This document shows, piece after piece, positions 41,253 through 52,905 of a stretch of 64,000 nucleotides of DNA. The notes under the pieces were generated by a model. That model was not told where the DNA came from. It did no database searches and saw nothing but the letters and a program-made list of their open reading frames with translations. Positions within the stretch are counted from its first letter, which is position 1; the number at the start of each line of letters is the position of its first letter. Source of the DNA: an uncultured Pelagibacteraceae bacterium (GTDB lineage Bacteria; Pseudomonadota; Alphaproteobacteria; Pelagibacterales; AG-422-B15); NCBI GenBank assembly GCA_902570675.1, contig CACFYZ010000001.1, positions 96,409 to 160,408 of the forward strand. The letters run 5' to 3'. The translations under genes and the position numbers were made by a program.

Positions 41253-42083
41253 ATGCCAGAGCTACCAGAAGTCCAAACCGTTGTAAATGGTATAAAAAGT
41301 AAAGTTATTAATCGTAAAATTTTACAATTTAAAAATTATACACACAAATTGAGATATCCAATTAACCGAAATGTAGCTCAACTAGTAGAAAATAGCAGGG
41401 CTATTAATGTAAGGCGAAGAGCAAAATACATTATCATTGAATTATCAAACAACAAATCGCTTGTTATGCATCTTGGTATGTCTGGAAGAGTCATCATTAC
41501 ACAAAATGGTTACCAAAAAAAAATAAAACATACACATATTTGTATATTTTTTGACAAAAATATTGTGCTTCAATTTATTGATCCTAGAAAATTTGGATAT
41601 ATCTTTGTAACAGCTACTAATTTGCTAAAGGATCACAAGTATTTCAGACATCTTGGAGTTGAGCCGCTTAAAAAGGAATTCAACCCTCAATATTTTTATA
41701 ACTTATTAGCTTCAAAAAAGTCACCTATAAAGAATATAATTATGAACCAAAAATATATTGTTGGTGTAGGTAACATCTACGCTTCTGAAGCACTTTTTAT
41801 AGCAGCTATATCACCGATGAAACTAGGTAATGAATTTACATTATTAGAGAGTGATAAACTAACTAAGGCAATCAAGACTGTTCTTAAAAAGTCAATTAAA
41901 ATGGGAGGATCCAGCATAAATGATCACACTATGATTTCTGGAAAGATGGGTTATTTTCAAAATAAACTGAATGTCTACGACAGAGAAGGCTTAAAATGTC
42001 GAAAAAGAACTTGTCAGTCCAACATAATACGAATAGTAATAGCAAAAAGATCAACATTCTTTTGTAAAGAATGTCAGAAATAA
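41253..42083 (+). CDS. mutM: Formamidopyrimidine-DNA glycosylase
   Basis: MPELPEV N-terminus, an H2TH region, and a C-terminal CxxC...CxxC zinc finger. Confidence 0.93.
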   Translation: MPELPEVQTVVNGIKSKVINRKILQFKNYTHKLRYPINRNVAQLVENSRAINVRRRAKYIIIELSNNKSLVMHLGMSGRVIITQNGYQKKIKHTHICIFFDKNIVLQFIDPRKFGYIFVTATNLLKDHKYFRHLGVEPLKKEFNPQYFYNLLASKKSPIKNIIMNQKYIVGVGNIYASEALFIAAISPMKLGNEFTLLESDKLTKAIKTVLKKSIKMGGSSINDHTMISGKMGYFQNKLNVYDREGLKCRKRTCQSNIIRIVIAKRSTFFCKECQK

Positions 42084-42098
42084 ATAAAGTAATAAAAT

Positions 42099-42362
42099 AT
42101 GGCTAATACTAAATCCGCAAAAGCAAAAGTACGAGAAATAAACAATAAGACAGAGATTAATAAGTCTGTAAGAAATAGATATCGTACATATATTAAAAAA
42201 GTTGAACTAAATATAGTTAAGAAAGATAAATCATCAGCGCAACAAGCACTGAAATCAGCTGAGTCTGAGATTATGTCAGCTGTTTCAAAAAAAATAGTTC
42301 ACAAAAATACAGCGTCTAGAAGAATTTCTCGATTAGCCAGTAAAATTAAAGCACTAAAATAG
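42099..42362 (+). CDS. rpsT: 30S ribosomal protein S20
   Basis: MANTKSAKAKVRE... basic 87-aa protein. rpsT-dnaA adjacency. Confidence 0.93.
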   Translation: MANTKSAKAKVREINNKTEINKSVRNRYRTYIKKVELNIVKKDKSSAQQALKSAESEIMSAVSKKIVHKNTASRRISRLASKIKALK

Positions 42363-42548
42363 AATCATCAAATTTTTCCGTAAGTTAAGACTTAAATTAA
42401 AAGCTGCATGGAAACAAAGTAGCTTAATTTAATTCTAAATTTTATAAGTATCTAAATTATGTTTCTTATTGCGATTCAAATTTATTAACGCTAACGTACA
42501 TCCAATTAAAAAAAATCATTTTTAATTATTCAAATAGTTTTTTTTTAC

Positions 42549-42574
42549 AAATTAAATTTTATTAAATTTAATTT
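42549..42574. repeat. Perfect 11-bp A/T-only inverted repeat AAATTAAATTT-tatt-AAATTTAATTT in the rpsT-dnaA spacer
   Basis: Read directly. It overlaps a TTAA-N7-TTAA (CtrA-box-like) string at 42562..42576. Function unknown. Confidence 0.4.
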
Positions 42575-42685
42575 AAAACTTTTTTGGCCTAATTTTTATT
42601 GTCACAAAAAGTTAAAGAAATAATTATGCTTTTTTTTTAATTTGATTAAGATTTTAGGTAAAATACAAAGGAGATTTAGGAAAAT

Positions 42686-44095
42686 ATGTATCAAGATTTA
42701 AATAGATCTCAATCATCAAATATTAGTGTTAAAGAAATATGGAATTCAGTCCTTAAAAAGCTCAATGTAGAATACGGCAATGAAGTTTTTAATAGTTGGA
42801 TCAAAAATATTGCAATTAAAAATTTAGATGAAGACATTCTTTATTTTACAGTACCTACACGATTTATAAGAGATTGGATAACTTCTCATTATTTAGATAA
42901 AATTATTTTCTTCCTCAACCAAGAGAATCCTCAAATTAAAAGAGTAAAAATAAACATAGACAACTCACTTACCGCCAACGTGTCAAATGTTGATAATTCA
43001 ATCAACGGCAATAATTCTGATAAAAATTTACCATTTACAAATAATTTCAGAGATGATTGGCCACTTGACGAACGTTTTACATTTGAAAAATTCATCGTAG
43101 GCCCCACTAATGAATTAGCATTCGCGTCAGCAAAAAGACTCTGCACTGAAGAACCTTATGATTTTAATCCCTTATTTATTTATGGAGGAGTGGGACTTGG
43201 AAAAACACATTTATTGCACGCAATAGCATGGGAAATTACAAAAAATTCGTTAAATAAAAAAGTATTATATCTTTCAGCTGAGAGATTTATGTTTCAATTT
43301 ATAAAATCATTAAGGCAAAAAGACACAATGTCATTTAAGCAAAAGTTTAGATCTGTTGATGTACTTATATTAGATGATATCCAATTTATGATAGGCAAAG
43401 TTTCTACTCAAGAGGAGTTTTTTCATACCTTTAACTCTTTATTGGATATGAATAAAAAAATCATTATTTCTGGTGACAGGTCCCCAAATGACCTGGGTAG
43501 CTTTGACGAGCGTATGAAATCAAGATTGTCGGGAGGATTAGTGGTTGACATTTTGCCTGCAGATTTTGAATTAAGGTTAACAATCATAAAAAATAAATAT
43601 TTTGATTTAAAGAGTAAAAACAAAAATACTTATGATCTGGATGAGAATATTTTAGAATTTCTTGCTAAAACTATAACCTCTAATGTCAGAGAACTTGAAG
43701 GTGCTTTAAATAAAGTTTTTACTTTCTCAAATATACTCGGAAAAAAAATTGATATAGATTTAACAAAATCAGTCCTCAAGGATTTACTTAAATCTAGTAA
43801 TCGACGAATTACAATTGATGAAATTCAAAATAAGGTTTCAGGCTATTATAATATTAAACTTGATGATTTAATTTCAAGCAGAAGAATTAGATCTTTTGCT
43901 AGACCTCGACAAGTCGCGATGTATTTATCAAAGAAACTTACAACAAGATCACTACCTGAAATTGGAAGAAAATTTGGAGGGCGAGATCATACCACAGTCA
44001 TACACGCGGTAAAAAAGATAGAAGAGTTAAAAGAGAGCCATCCTAAGTTTGACGAAGATATTAATCTCATTACTCAAATGATAACCTCCGTTTAA
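42686..44095 (+). CDS. dnaA: Chromosomal replication initiator protein DnaA
   Basis: AAA+ Walker A GGVGLGKTHLLHAI and the C-terminal DNA-binding helix (GGRDHTTVIHA). GGAG RBS. Confidence 0.97.
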   Translation: MYQDLNRSQSSNISVKEIWNSVLKKLNVEYGNEVFNSWIKNIAIKNLDEDILYFTVPTRFIRDWITSHYLDKIIFFLNQENPQIKRVKINIDNSLTANVSNVDNSINGNNSDKNLPFTNNFRDDWPLDERFTFEKFIVGPTNELAFASAKRLCTEEPYDFNPLFIYGGVGLGKTHLLHAIAWEITKNSLNKKVLYLSAERFMFQFIKSLRQKDTMSFKQKFRSVDVLILDDIQFMIGKVSTQEEFFHTFNSLLDMNKKIIISGDRSPNDLGSFDERMKSRLSGGLVVDILPADFELRLTIIKNKYFDLKSKNKNTYDLDENILEFLAKTITSNVRELEGALNKVFTFSNILGKKIDIDLTKSVLKDLLKSSNRRITIDEIQNKVSGYYNIKLDDLISSRRIRSFARPRQVAMYLSKKLTTRSLPEIGRKFGGRDHTTVIHAVKKIEELKESHPKFDEDINLITQMITSV

Positions 44096-44161
44096 TCGTT
44101 ACATATATCTTAAATTTCTTTATATTTATGTTATAGTATTTACTGATAGTATTATCTTTAA

Positions 44162-45289
44162 ATGGAAGTCAAAATAAATAGCTCGGAACTGCTAAAAGCA
44201 TTAAATCATGTTCATGGTATTGTTGAGGTAAGACATACTCTTCCTATACTCTCAAATATTATCCTTATTGCTAAAGATGATATCTTATCTCTCTCGTCTA
44301 CAAATCTTGATATTTACTGTTCGGATGTGATTAGTGCTGAAATACAAACTGCTGGCGAGATATCAGTATCCGCTATAACTTTTTTTGAGATCGTAAAAAG
44401 ATTGCCAGCTGGTTCAGATGTAATTATGAGCATGGAATCTACAGATAGTGAATTAGTTATAAAATGCGGAAGGTCTAAGTTCAACCTTTCAACCCTGAAA
44501 ATTGATGATTTTCCAACAATTTCAGATGCTGACTTATCTACGGCATTTGTGATGACTTCTGAAGAGCTTATCAGACTTGTTGATAAGACTAAATTTGCAA
44601 TTTCGAATGAGGAAACTCGTTACTATTTAAATGGTATTTTTTTTCATAAAGCGGAGAGAAATTCAATTCAATTTTTAAGAGCTGTAGCTACTGACGGTCA
44701 TAGATTAGCTCAATATGACATTCCACTTCCTCAAGGAGCTGAGGATATGACAGGAATTATTATACCTAAGAAAACTATCCAAGAACTTAGGAAAGTTTTA
44801 GATGACGCGGATGGGGACATTAATATTTCTCTAAATGAAAATAAAATTAAATTTTCATTTAATAATTTAAAAATTATATCCAAGGTTATTGATGGCACTT
44901 TTCCAGACTATACAAAAGTTATCCCTAAAGATAATGACAAAAAATTTAGCACAAAGAATACTGAACTCAAAAATGCAATTGATCGTGTATCAGCTGTTGC
45001 TGTAAATGAAGAGGCAAAATCTAAAGCAATTAAGTTAAGTATCGAAAATAATAAAATGTATTTAAAAGTAGAGAGTCAATCAAAAGGTTCTGCTGATGAA
45101 ACTATTGATATTAATTATAACAATGAAAAAGTTGATATAGGTTTTAATTCACGTTATTTAACAGATATATGTAATGAAGTCGATGGTGATGAAATTGATA
45201 TTAATTTGTATGACTCTATATCTCCTGCAATTATTCTAGATAAAACAGATGAAAATTTATTTTTTGTTTTAATGCCAATGCGTATTTAA
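44162..45289 (+). CDS. dnaN: DNA polymerase III beta sliding clamp
   Basis: 375 aa with a three-domain clamp pattern and a C-terminal LMPMRI. dnaA-dnaN-recF-gyrB synteny. Confidence 0.95.
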   Translation: MEVKINSSELLKALNHVHGIVEVRHTLPILSNIILIAKDDILSLSSTNLDIYCSDVISAEIQTAGEISVSAITFFEIVKRLPAGSDVIMSMESTDSELVIKCGRSKFNLSTLKIDDFPTISDADLSTAFVMTSEELIRLVDKTKFAISNEETRYYLNGIFFHKAERNSIQFLRAVATDGHRLAQYDIPLPQGAEDMTGIIIPKKTIQELRKVLDDADGDINISLNENKIKFSFNNLKIISKVIDGTFPDYTKVIPKDNDKKFSTKNTELKNAIDRVSAVAVNEEAKSKAIKLSIENNKMYLKVESQSKGSADETIDINYNNEKVDIGFNSRYLTDICNEVDGDEIDINLYDSISPAIILDKTDENLFFVLMPMRI

Positions 45290-45293
45290 CTGA

Positions 45294-46409
45294 ATGTATC
45301 CAAATGCGTTTATTGAGGAAATTTCAGTTATAAATTTTAGAAATCATAAAAATTTTTTTATTAATAATCTAAAACCATTTGTGGTTTTGAATGGTGAAAA
45401 CGGCTCAGGAAAAACAAATATACTTGAGGCAATATCTCTTTTTTCACCAGGTAAAGGACTCAAAAATGCTAGCTTAAGAGATATGCCCAATAAATATGAA
45501 ACCGAAAAAGGTTTCCAGATAAAAATCAATTTGAAGTATGATGCAGGAAAAATTGAATTAAAAAAATATTTTTTCACTAATGATAAAAAAAATAATTTAC
45601 TTTTATCTGATAATGAAAAAATAAATCAGTCAGAATTACTAAGTTTTATAAATATTTTATGGATTACACCTATTATGGAAAAGGTAATGTTACAGAGTAA
45701 TTCTGAAAAGCGTAATTTCTTTGATCGACTAATTTTTAACTTAAATAGGAGCCATTTAAAATTATATTCAGTTCTACAAAAATTATTAAGGGAACGACTG
45801 GCAATTTTACAAAATACTCAAATTGATAATGAATGGTTAAATACAGTTGAAGCCAAAATTTCAAATAGTTCTTACGAGATAATTCAAAATAGGAATCAAT
45901 TTATTGTTAATCTTAACAGTAGCTTAAAGATGATTGATAAGCCTTTTACAACATGTTTAATAGAATTTCGTCATGATATAAGCAAAATAATCAGTACTGA
46001 CAATAAAAACACATTTGTTGAGAGTTATAAATCCTATTTGGTAAATACAAGAAAAATTGATGCAGAACTAAACAAGACTTCACACAATATCAGCAAAGTC
46101 AGTATTGATATTTGGAGCAATATCCAAGATAAAATGGAGATTAAAAATTGCTCAACCGGAGAGCAAAAATCAGCTCTTTTATCGATTTTTATTTCAGTTG
46201 CTAAACTTATTAAGGAACAAAACGATGGAAGAAGCCCAATACTATTGATTGATGAAGCAACAGCTCATTTGGATCAGAATCATCGAGACTTTTTGTTTGA
46301 AGAATTAAAAAAACTTAACTCACAAGTCTGGTTTACAGGCGTTTCAAAAAATCTTTTTGAAAATATTTCTGATCAAACAGTTTTCCATGAGATTGAAAAT
46401 AATATATAA
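45294..46409 (+). CDS. recF: DNA replication and repair protein RecF
   Basis: Walker A GENGSGKTNILEAI, an SMC-like signature, and the LLIDE Walker B. Confidence 0.92.
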   Translation: MYPNAFIEEISVINFRNHKNFFINNLKPFVVLNGENGSGKTNILEAISLFSPGKGLKNASLRDMPNKYETEKGFQIKINLKYDAGKIELKKYFFTNDKKNNLLLSDNEKINQSELLSFINILWITPIMEKVMLQSNSEKRNFFDRLIFNLNRSHLKLYSVLQKLLRERLAILQNTQIDNEWLNTVEAKISNSSYEIIQNRNQFIVNLNSSLKMIDKPFTTCLIEFRHDISKIISTDNKNTFVESYKSYLVNTRKIDAELNKTSHNISKVSIDIWSNIQDKMEIKNCSTGEQKSALLSIFISVAKLIKEQNDGRSPILLIDEATAHLDQNHRDFLFEELKKLNSQVWFTGVSKNLFENISDQTVFHEIENNI

Positions 46410-46416
46410 TAAATAA

Positions 46417-49544
<3,128 letters not shown>

Positions 49545-49590
49545 TAAAAGACTATAGATTATTATTAAACTTATTTAACCATAAAAGAGA

Positions 49591-50901
49591 TTGACATTGA
49601 TTGACGAAATAAAAAAAATAAAAAACGAAGATATAAATCTTAAGTTAAGGACATTAAATCTCATAAGATGGATAGCAATATTTGGTCAATTTGCTGCAGT
49701 TATTATTGCTTATTTTTATTTTGAAATTTCTTTCAATATTTATTTTTGTATTCCATTGATACTTACAAGTGTAATACTGAATATAGTTGTCAGTATAATT
49801 TACCCATTAACAAAAATTTTGAACTATAAGGAAACATTTTTTTACTTAATATTTGATCTTATTCAATTGACTTCATTTTTATTTTTCACCGGTGGACTTA
49901 ATAATCCTTTTTGTATTTTTATACTTGCTCCATTAGTTATTTCAGCAACGTACCTTGATCTTAAGAGAATAATATTTATAACCTTACTGGCTATAGTATC
50001 GCTAAGTTTTCTCCAATTCTTTTATTACCCACTCGAAAGTAATATTAATCAAATTTCAAATTTTAGATTTACAGAATTTGAAATCTTTTCAATTTGGACA
50101 GCCTTAATAATAACTTCAATATTTATTACAGCTTATTGTTTTAGAGTAGCAGATGAGTCGAGAAAAACAGAAATGGCCCTAAAGGAAACTCAACTAGCAC
50201 TTTCAAATGAAGAAAAAGTATCAGCCTTAATGAGTTTAACAGCAGCAGCAGTTCATGAATTAGGCACCCCCTTATCAACGATTTCTATCATTGCCAAGGA
50301 ACTTGAGAATAATAAACAAGTTTCCGAATATTCAGAGGATATTTCCCTTATTCAATCTCAATTAAAACGATGCAGAGAAATACTTGAAAGGCTTCGATCA
50401 AATAGTCTTTCGGATAACAGTAACGAATTTATAAACCAACTAGATTTTGTTCGACTCATCAATGAAATTATTTCTACATATAGCACTCAAGATATAGACA
50501 TAAAGATTATGGCTGATCAGTCTTTTGATGAAGGTAAAGTTACTGTATCAAGGTCTGCTGAATTAGTTCAATCAATTACAAACATTATTGATAATGCCTA
50601 TAAGTATGCCAATTCATCAATTGACATAAACCTCGAAAATAAGAGTAACATTATTACTATTACGGTTGAAGATGATGGTCCAGGTTTTGCTCAGGAAATT
50701 TATCCATTCTTAGGGGAGCCCTATGTTCAAAATAGCAATAAATTTGCTAAGAAAGGATTAGGTCTAGGATTATTCATATCTAAAAACTTACTTGCAAAGT
50801 TGAAAGGGGAGATTAAATTTTCAAACAAAGAAGATGGTGGAGGATGTGTTATCATTAGTTTATTAAAAAGTGAAATAGGTTTTAAAAATGAACAATATTA
50901 A
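49591..50901 (+). CDS. regB: Redox-responsive sensor histidine kinase, RegB/PrrB/ActS family
   Basis: About six N-terminal TM helices. H-box AAVHELGTPL. Conserved redox-box cysteine in QLKRCREIL. HATPase domain. TTG start is uncertain. Confidence 0.85.
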   Translation: MTLIDEIKKIKNEDINLKLRTLNLIRWIAIFGQFAAVIIAYFYFEISFNIYFCIPLILTSVILNIVVSIIYPLTKILNYKETFFYLIFDLIQLTSFLFFTGGLNNPFCIFILAPLVISATYLDLKRIIFITLLAIVSLSFLQFFYYPLESNINQISNFRFTEFEIFSIWTALIITSIFITAYCFRVADESRKTEMALKETQLALSNEEKVSALMSLTAAAVHELGTPLSTISIIAKELENNKQVSEYSEDISLIQSQLKRCREILERLRSNSLSDNSNEFINQLDFVRLINEIISTYSTQDIDIKIMADQSFDEGKVTVSRSAELVQSITNIIDNAYKYANSSIDINLENKSNIITITVEDDGPGFAQEIYPFLGEPYVQNSNKFAKKGLGLGLFISKNLLAKLKGEIKFSNKEDGGGCVIISLLKSEIGFKNEQY

Positions 50902-51445
50902 TGAAGGATTAACAAAAATATCAGATCAGACCTTGATGATTGTTGATGATGATGATGTATTCAGGAATAGGTTAATCACAGCAATGAAAAGAAAAGGTTT
51001 TGATGCTTACGGAGCTTCGTCCGTCAAAGAGGCAAAATTATTATTGAGAGAAAATTCTCCTAAATATGCTGTAATAGATCTCAGGCTAAATGATGGAAAT
51101 GGTTTAGAAATTGTATCAATGCTGTCCGGTATTAGATCTGATAGTAAAATAGTTATGCTTACTGGTTATGGAAATATACCCACTGCTGTTGCGGCGGTAA
51201 AAGAAGGGGCATGTGACTATTTAGCCAAACCTGCAGATGCAGATGACATCGAGGCAGCTTTAAAGGCTCCCTATACCTCAACCCCTGAGCCACCAATCAA
51301 TCCGATGTCAGCTGATAGAGTAAAATGGGAACATATATTAAGAGTTTACGAATTATGTAACAGAAATGTCTCTGAAACTGCGAGACGGCTTAAAATGCAT
51401 AGAAGAACATTACAAAGAATACTTCAAAAGAAGTCACCTAGATAA
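50888..51445 (+). CDS. regA: Response regulator RegA/PrrA/ActR family
   Basis: Receiver domain (AVIDLRLNDGNG) and the near-invariant C-terminal HTH NVSETARRLKMHRRTLQRIL. Overlaps regB by 14 nt. Confidence 0.9.
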   Translation: MNNINEGLTKISDQTLMIVDDDDVFRNRLITAMKRKGFDAYGASSVKEAKLLLRENSPKYAVIDLRLNDGNGLEIVSMLSGIRSDSKIVMLTGYGNIPTAVAAVKEGACDYLAKPADADDIEAALKAPYTSTPEPPINPMSADRVKWEHILRVYELCNRNVSETARRLKMHRRTLQRILQKKSPR

Positions 51446-51477
51446 TTGCAACAATATTTAATTATGAATCTTTTGAG

Positions 51478-52689
51478 TTAAGCAACTTTCTTACTCTGGT
51501 TAATGCGTTCCAGGTTTGCTAATCCCTCGTTAGCAATATCAATACCAGCTACTTCATCGTCTTCGGCATTTAGCTCTTCCATATCAACAAATTCAGCGTA
51601 TGTTTTTTTGGTCCTTTTTGTAATGATATTTGCCTTGAGCAGAGTTTTACACAAAACTCTAAATATATTATTGCTCTCCATCATTTCTTCTCTAATAACA
51701 GAGTCACGATCAAACTCTTCCATAAAAGCCTTTGTTACAAATCTGTGATCTAGACCAACACTTTCATAGATAGCTTTCTTTTCCCACGGATTTACAAGAT
51801 TATAAAGTAAATCTTTGAAAATCATTGCTGACCAATCTTCAACTTTGTATCTTTCAGCCTCTGATAGCTTTGGTACAGTTCTATCAGCCCAAATTTTTCC
51901 AAATTTGTGGTGAAATGCTTCATCACTCATAGTGTATTTTAAAAGAGTCTTTAGCAATGGGTCATTAGTATCCTGATGAGCCATTCCAAAAGCTCCCATT
52001 GCAAGACCTTCAATCATCATTTGCATACCGACAATTTTTTTGTAAACTTCATCGGATGAAACAATCTGCTCTAGAGTTCTTCCTAGCGTAGGTCCCACAG
52101 GATATGGCGATCCCCATCTCGATTTAATATAGTTTGTAAAGCCAGTAACGTGTCTAGCTTCTTCTCTTGTTTGGTTTGCTGCATATTCTTGAGCGCCTGG
52201 ATCCTTCAATATATGACATAAACTAGCACTTAGAGATAATGCTCCTTGTTCTCCATGTAGAATTTGAGAGAGTACCCATCTAAAACTTTCATTATTTAAT
52301 TTTATCTTTTGTTTCTCAGTAAGTTTTTCTGCAATTGATGGAATCCTAAGCTCCATACAAAAGACTCTGGGATCAACGATATATTCGTTTTCCATATCGA
52401 ATGGTTGATCAAAATCTATATATTTTTTGTCATTTGGATCCCAAAAGTGTTTATGAGTAGCAGAGATCATTTGGTCAAAGCTCTCAACTCTTTCAATATA
52501 TCTATCTTGCTCAATCATTGGGATGAAATGATTAGGATTAGTAGCATTATAGGCAGGATCTTTATTCATGGCATTCTTACCATTTTGCGATAGTTGCCAT
52601 TTTCTCTTCAATTTGAAAAATTGATCTTTAATATAAATTTTTGCGAAATCTACTTTTTGACTAAATTCAACCATGACTAAATTATACAC
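51478..52689 (-). CDS. Ferritin-like diiron-carboxylate protein of unknown function (AurF/R2/desaturase-like ligand pattern)
   Basis: Two E...ExxH ligand sets with the spacing of class-I diiron proteins: HGEQGA ... REEARH and MIEGLA ... SDEAFH. 403 aa, soluble. I do not recognise a characterised ortholog. Confidence 0.6.
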   Translation of the reverse strand: MYNLVMVEFSQKVDFAKIYIKDQFFKLKRKWQLSQNGKNAMNKDPAYNATNPNHFIPMIEQDRYIERVESFDQMISATHKHFWDPNDKKYIDFDQPFDMENEYIVDPRVFCMELRIPSIAEKLTEKQKIKLNNESFRWVLSQILHGEQGALSLSASLCHILKDPGAQEYAANQTREEARHVTGFTNYIKSRWGSPYPVGPTLGRTLEQIVSSDEVYKKIVGMQMMIEGLAMGAFGMAHQDTNDPLLKTLLKYTMSDEAFHHKFGKIWADRTVPKLSEAERYKVEDWSAMIFKDLLYNLVNPWEKKAIYESVGLDHRFVTKAFMEEFDRDSVIREEMMESNNIFRVLCKTLLKANIITKRTKKTYAEFVDMEELNAEDDEVAGIDIANEGLANLERINQSKKVA

Positions 52690-52905
52690 GGTTATTTACA
52701 AAAGTTAAATAATTAGTGAACATATTCTCATTTTTTTTATATATTAAATCAATAAAATCAATTACTTAAAATAAAAAATAATTATTGTCATATTTTTTTT
52801 TAAAATATTTTGACTTATATTTTTTATTATTATGAAAATTTATTATTGTACAAAATGCTTATTTTCTCATATTTTTAGCCACTATTATTTATCCTGTTCT
52901 TAAAC

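Noticed and set aside
42401-42425. Possible rpsT terminator hairpin AAGCTGC...GTAGCTT
   Set aside because: It has a short 7-bp stem with a G-U pair, an 11-nt loop and no clean T-tract, so it is too weak to call.
42363-42685. Chromosomal origin (oriC) immediately upstream of dnaA
   Set aside because: I found no consensus DnaA box (TTATCCACA or a close variant). The highly expressed nusA-to-pnp and dnaA-to-gyrB strings on both sides of the spacer run in the same direction, which does not fit a leading-strand switch here. Alphaproteobacterial origins are often not next to dnaA. I kept the region only as a regulatory finding.
52690-52905. Fur or Irr site, or a structured RNA, in the diiron/RND spacer
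   Set aside because: I saw only loose A/T-only repeats, such as TTATTGTCA versus TTATTGTACA. There is no good Fur-box or ICE match and no GC-supported helices that would indicate a riboswitch or sRNA.
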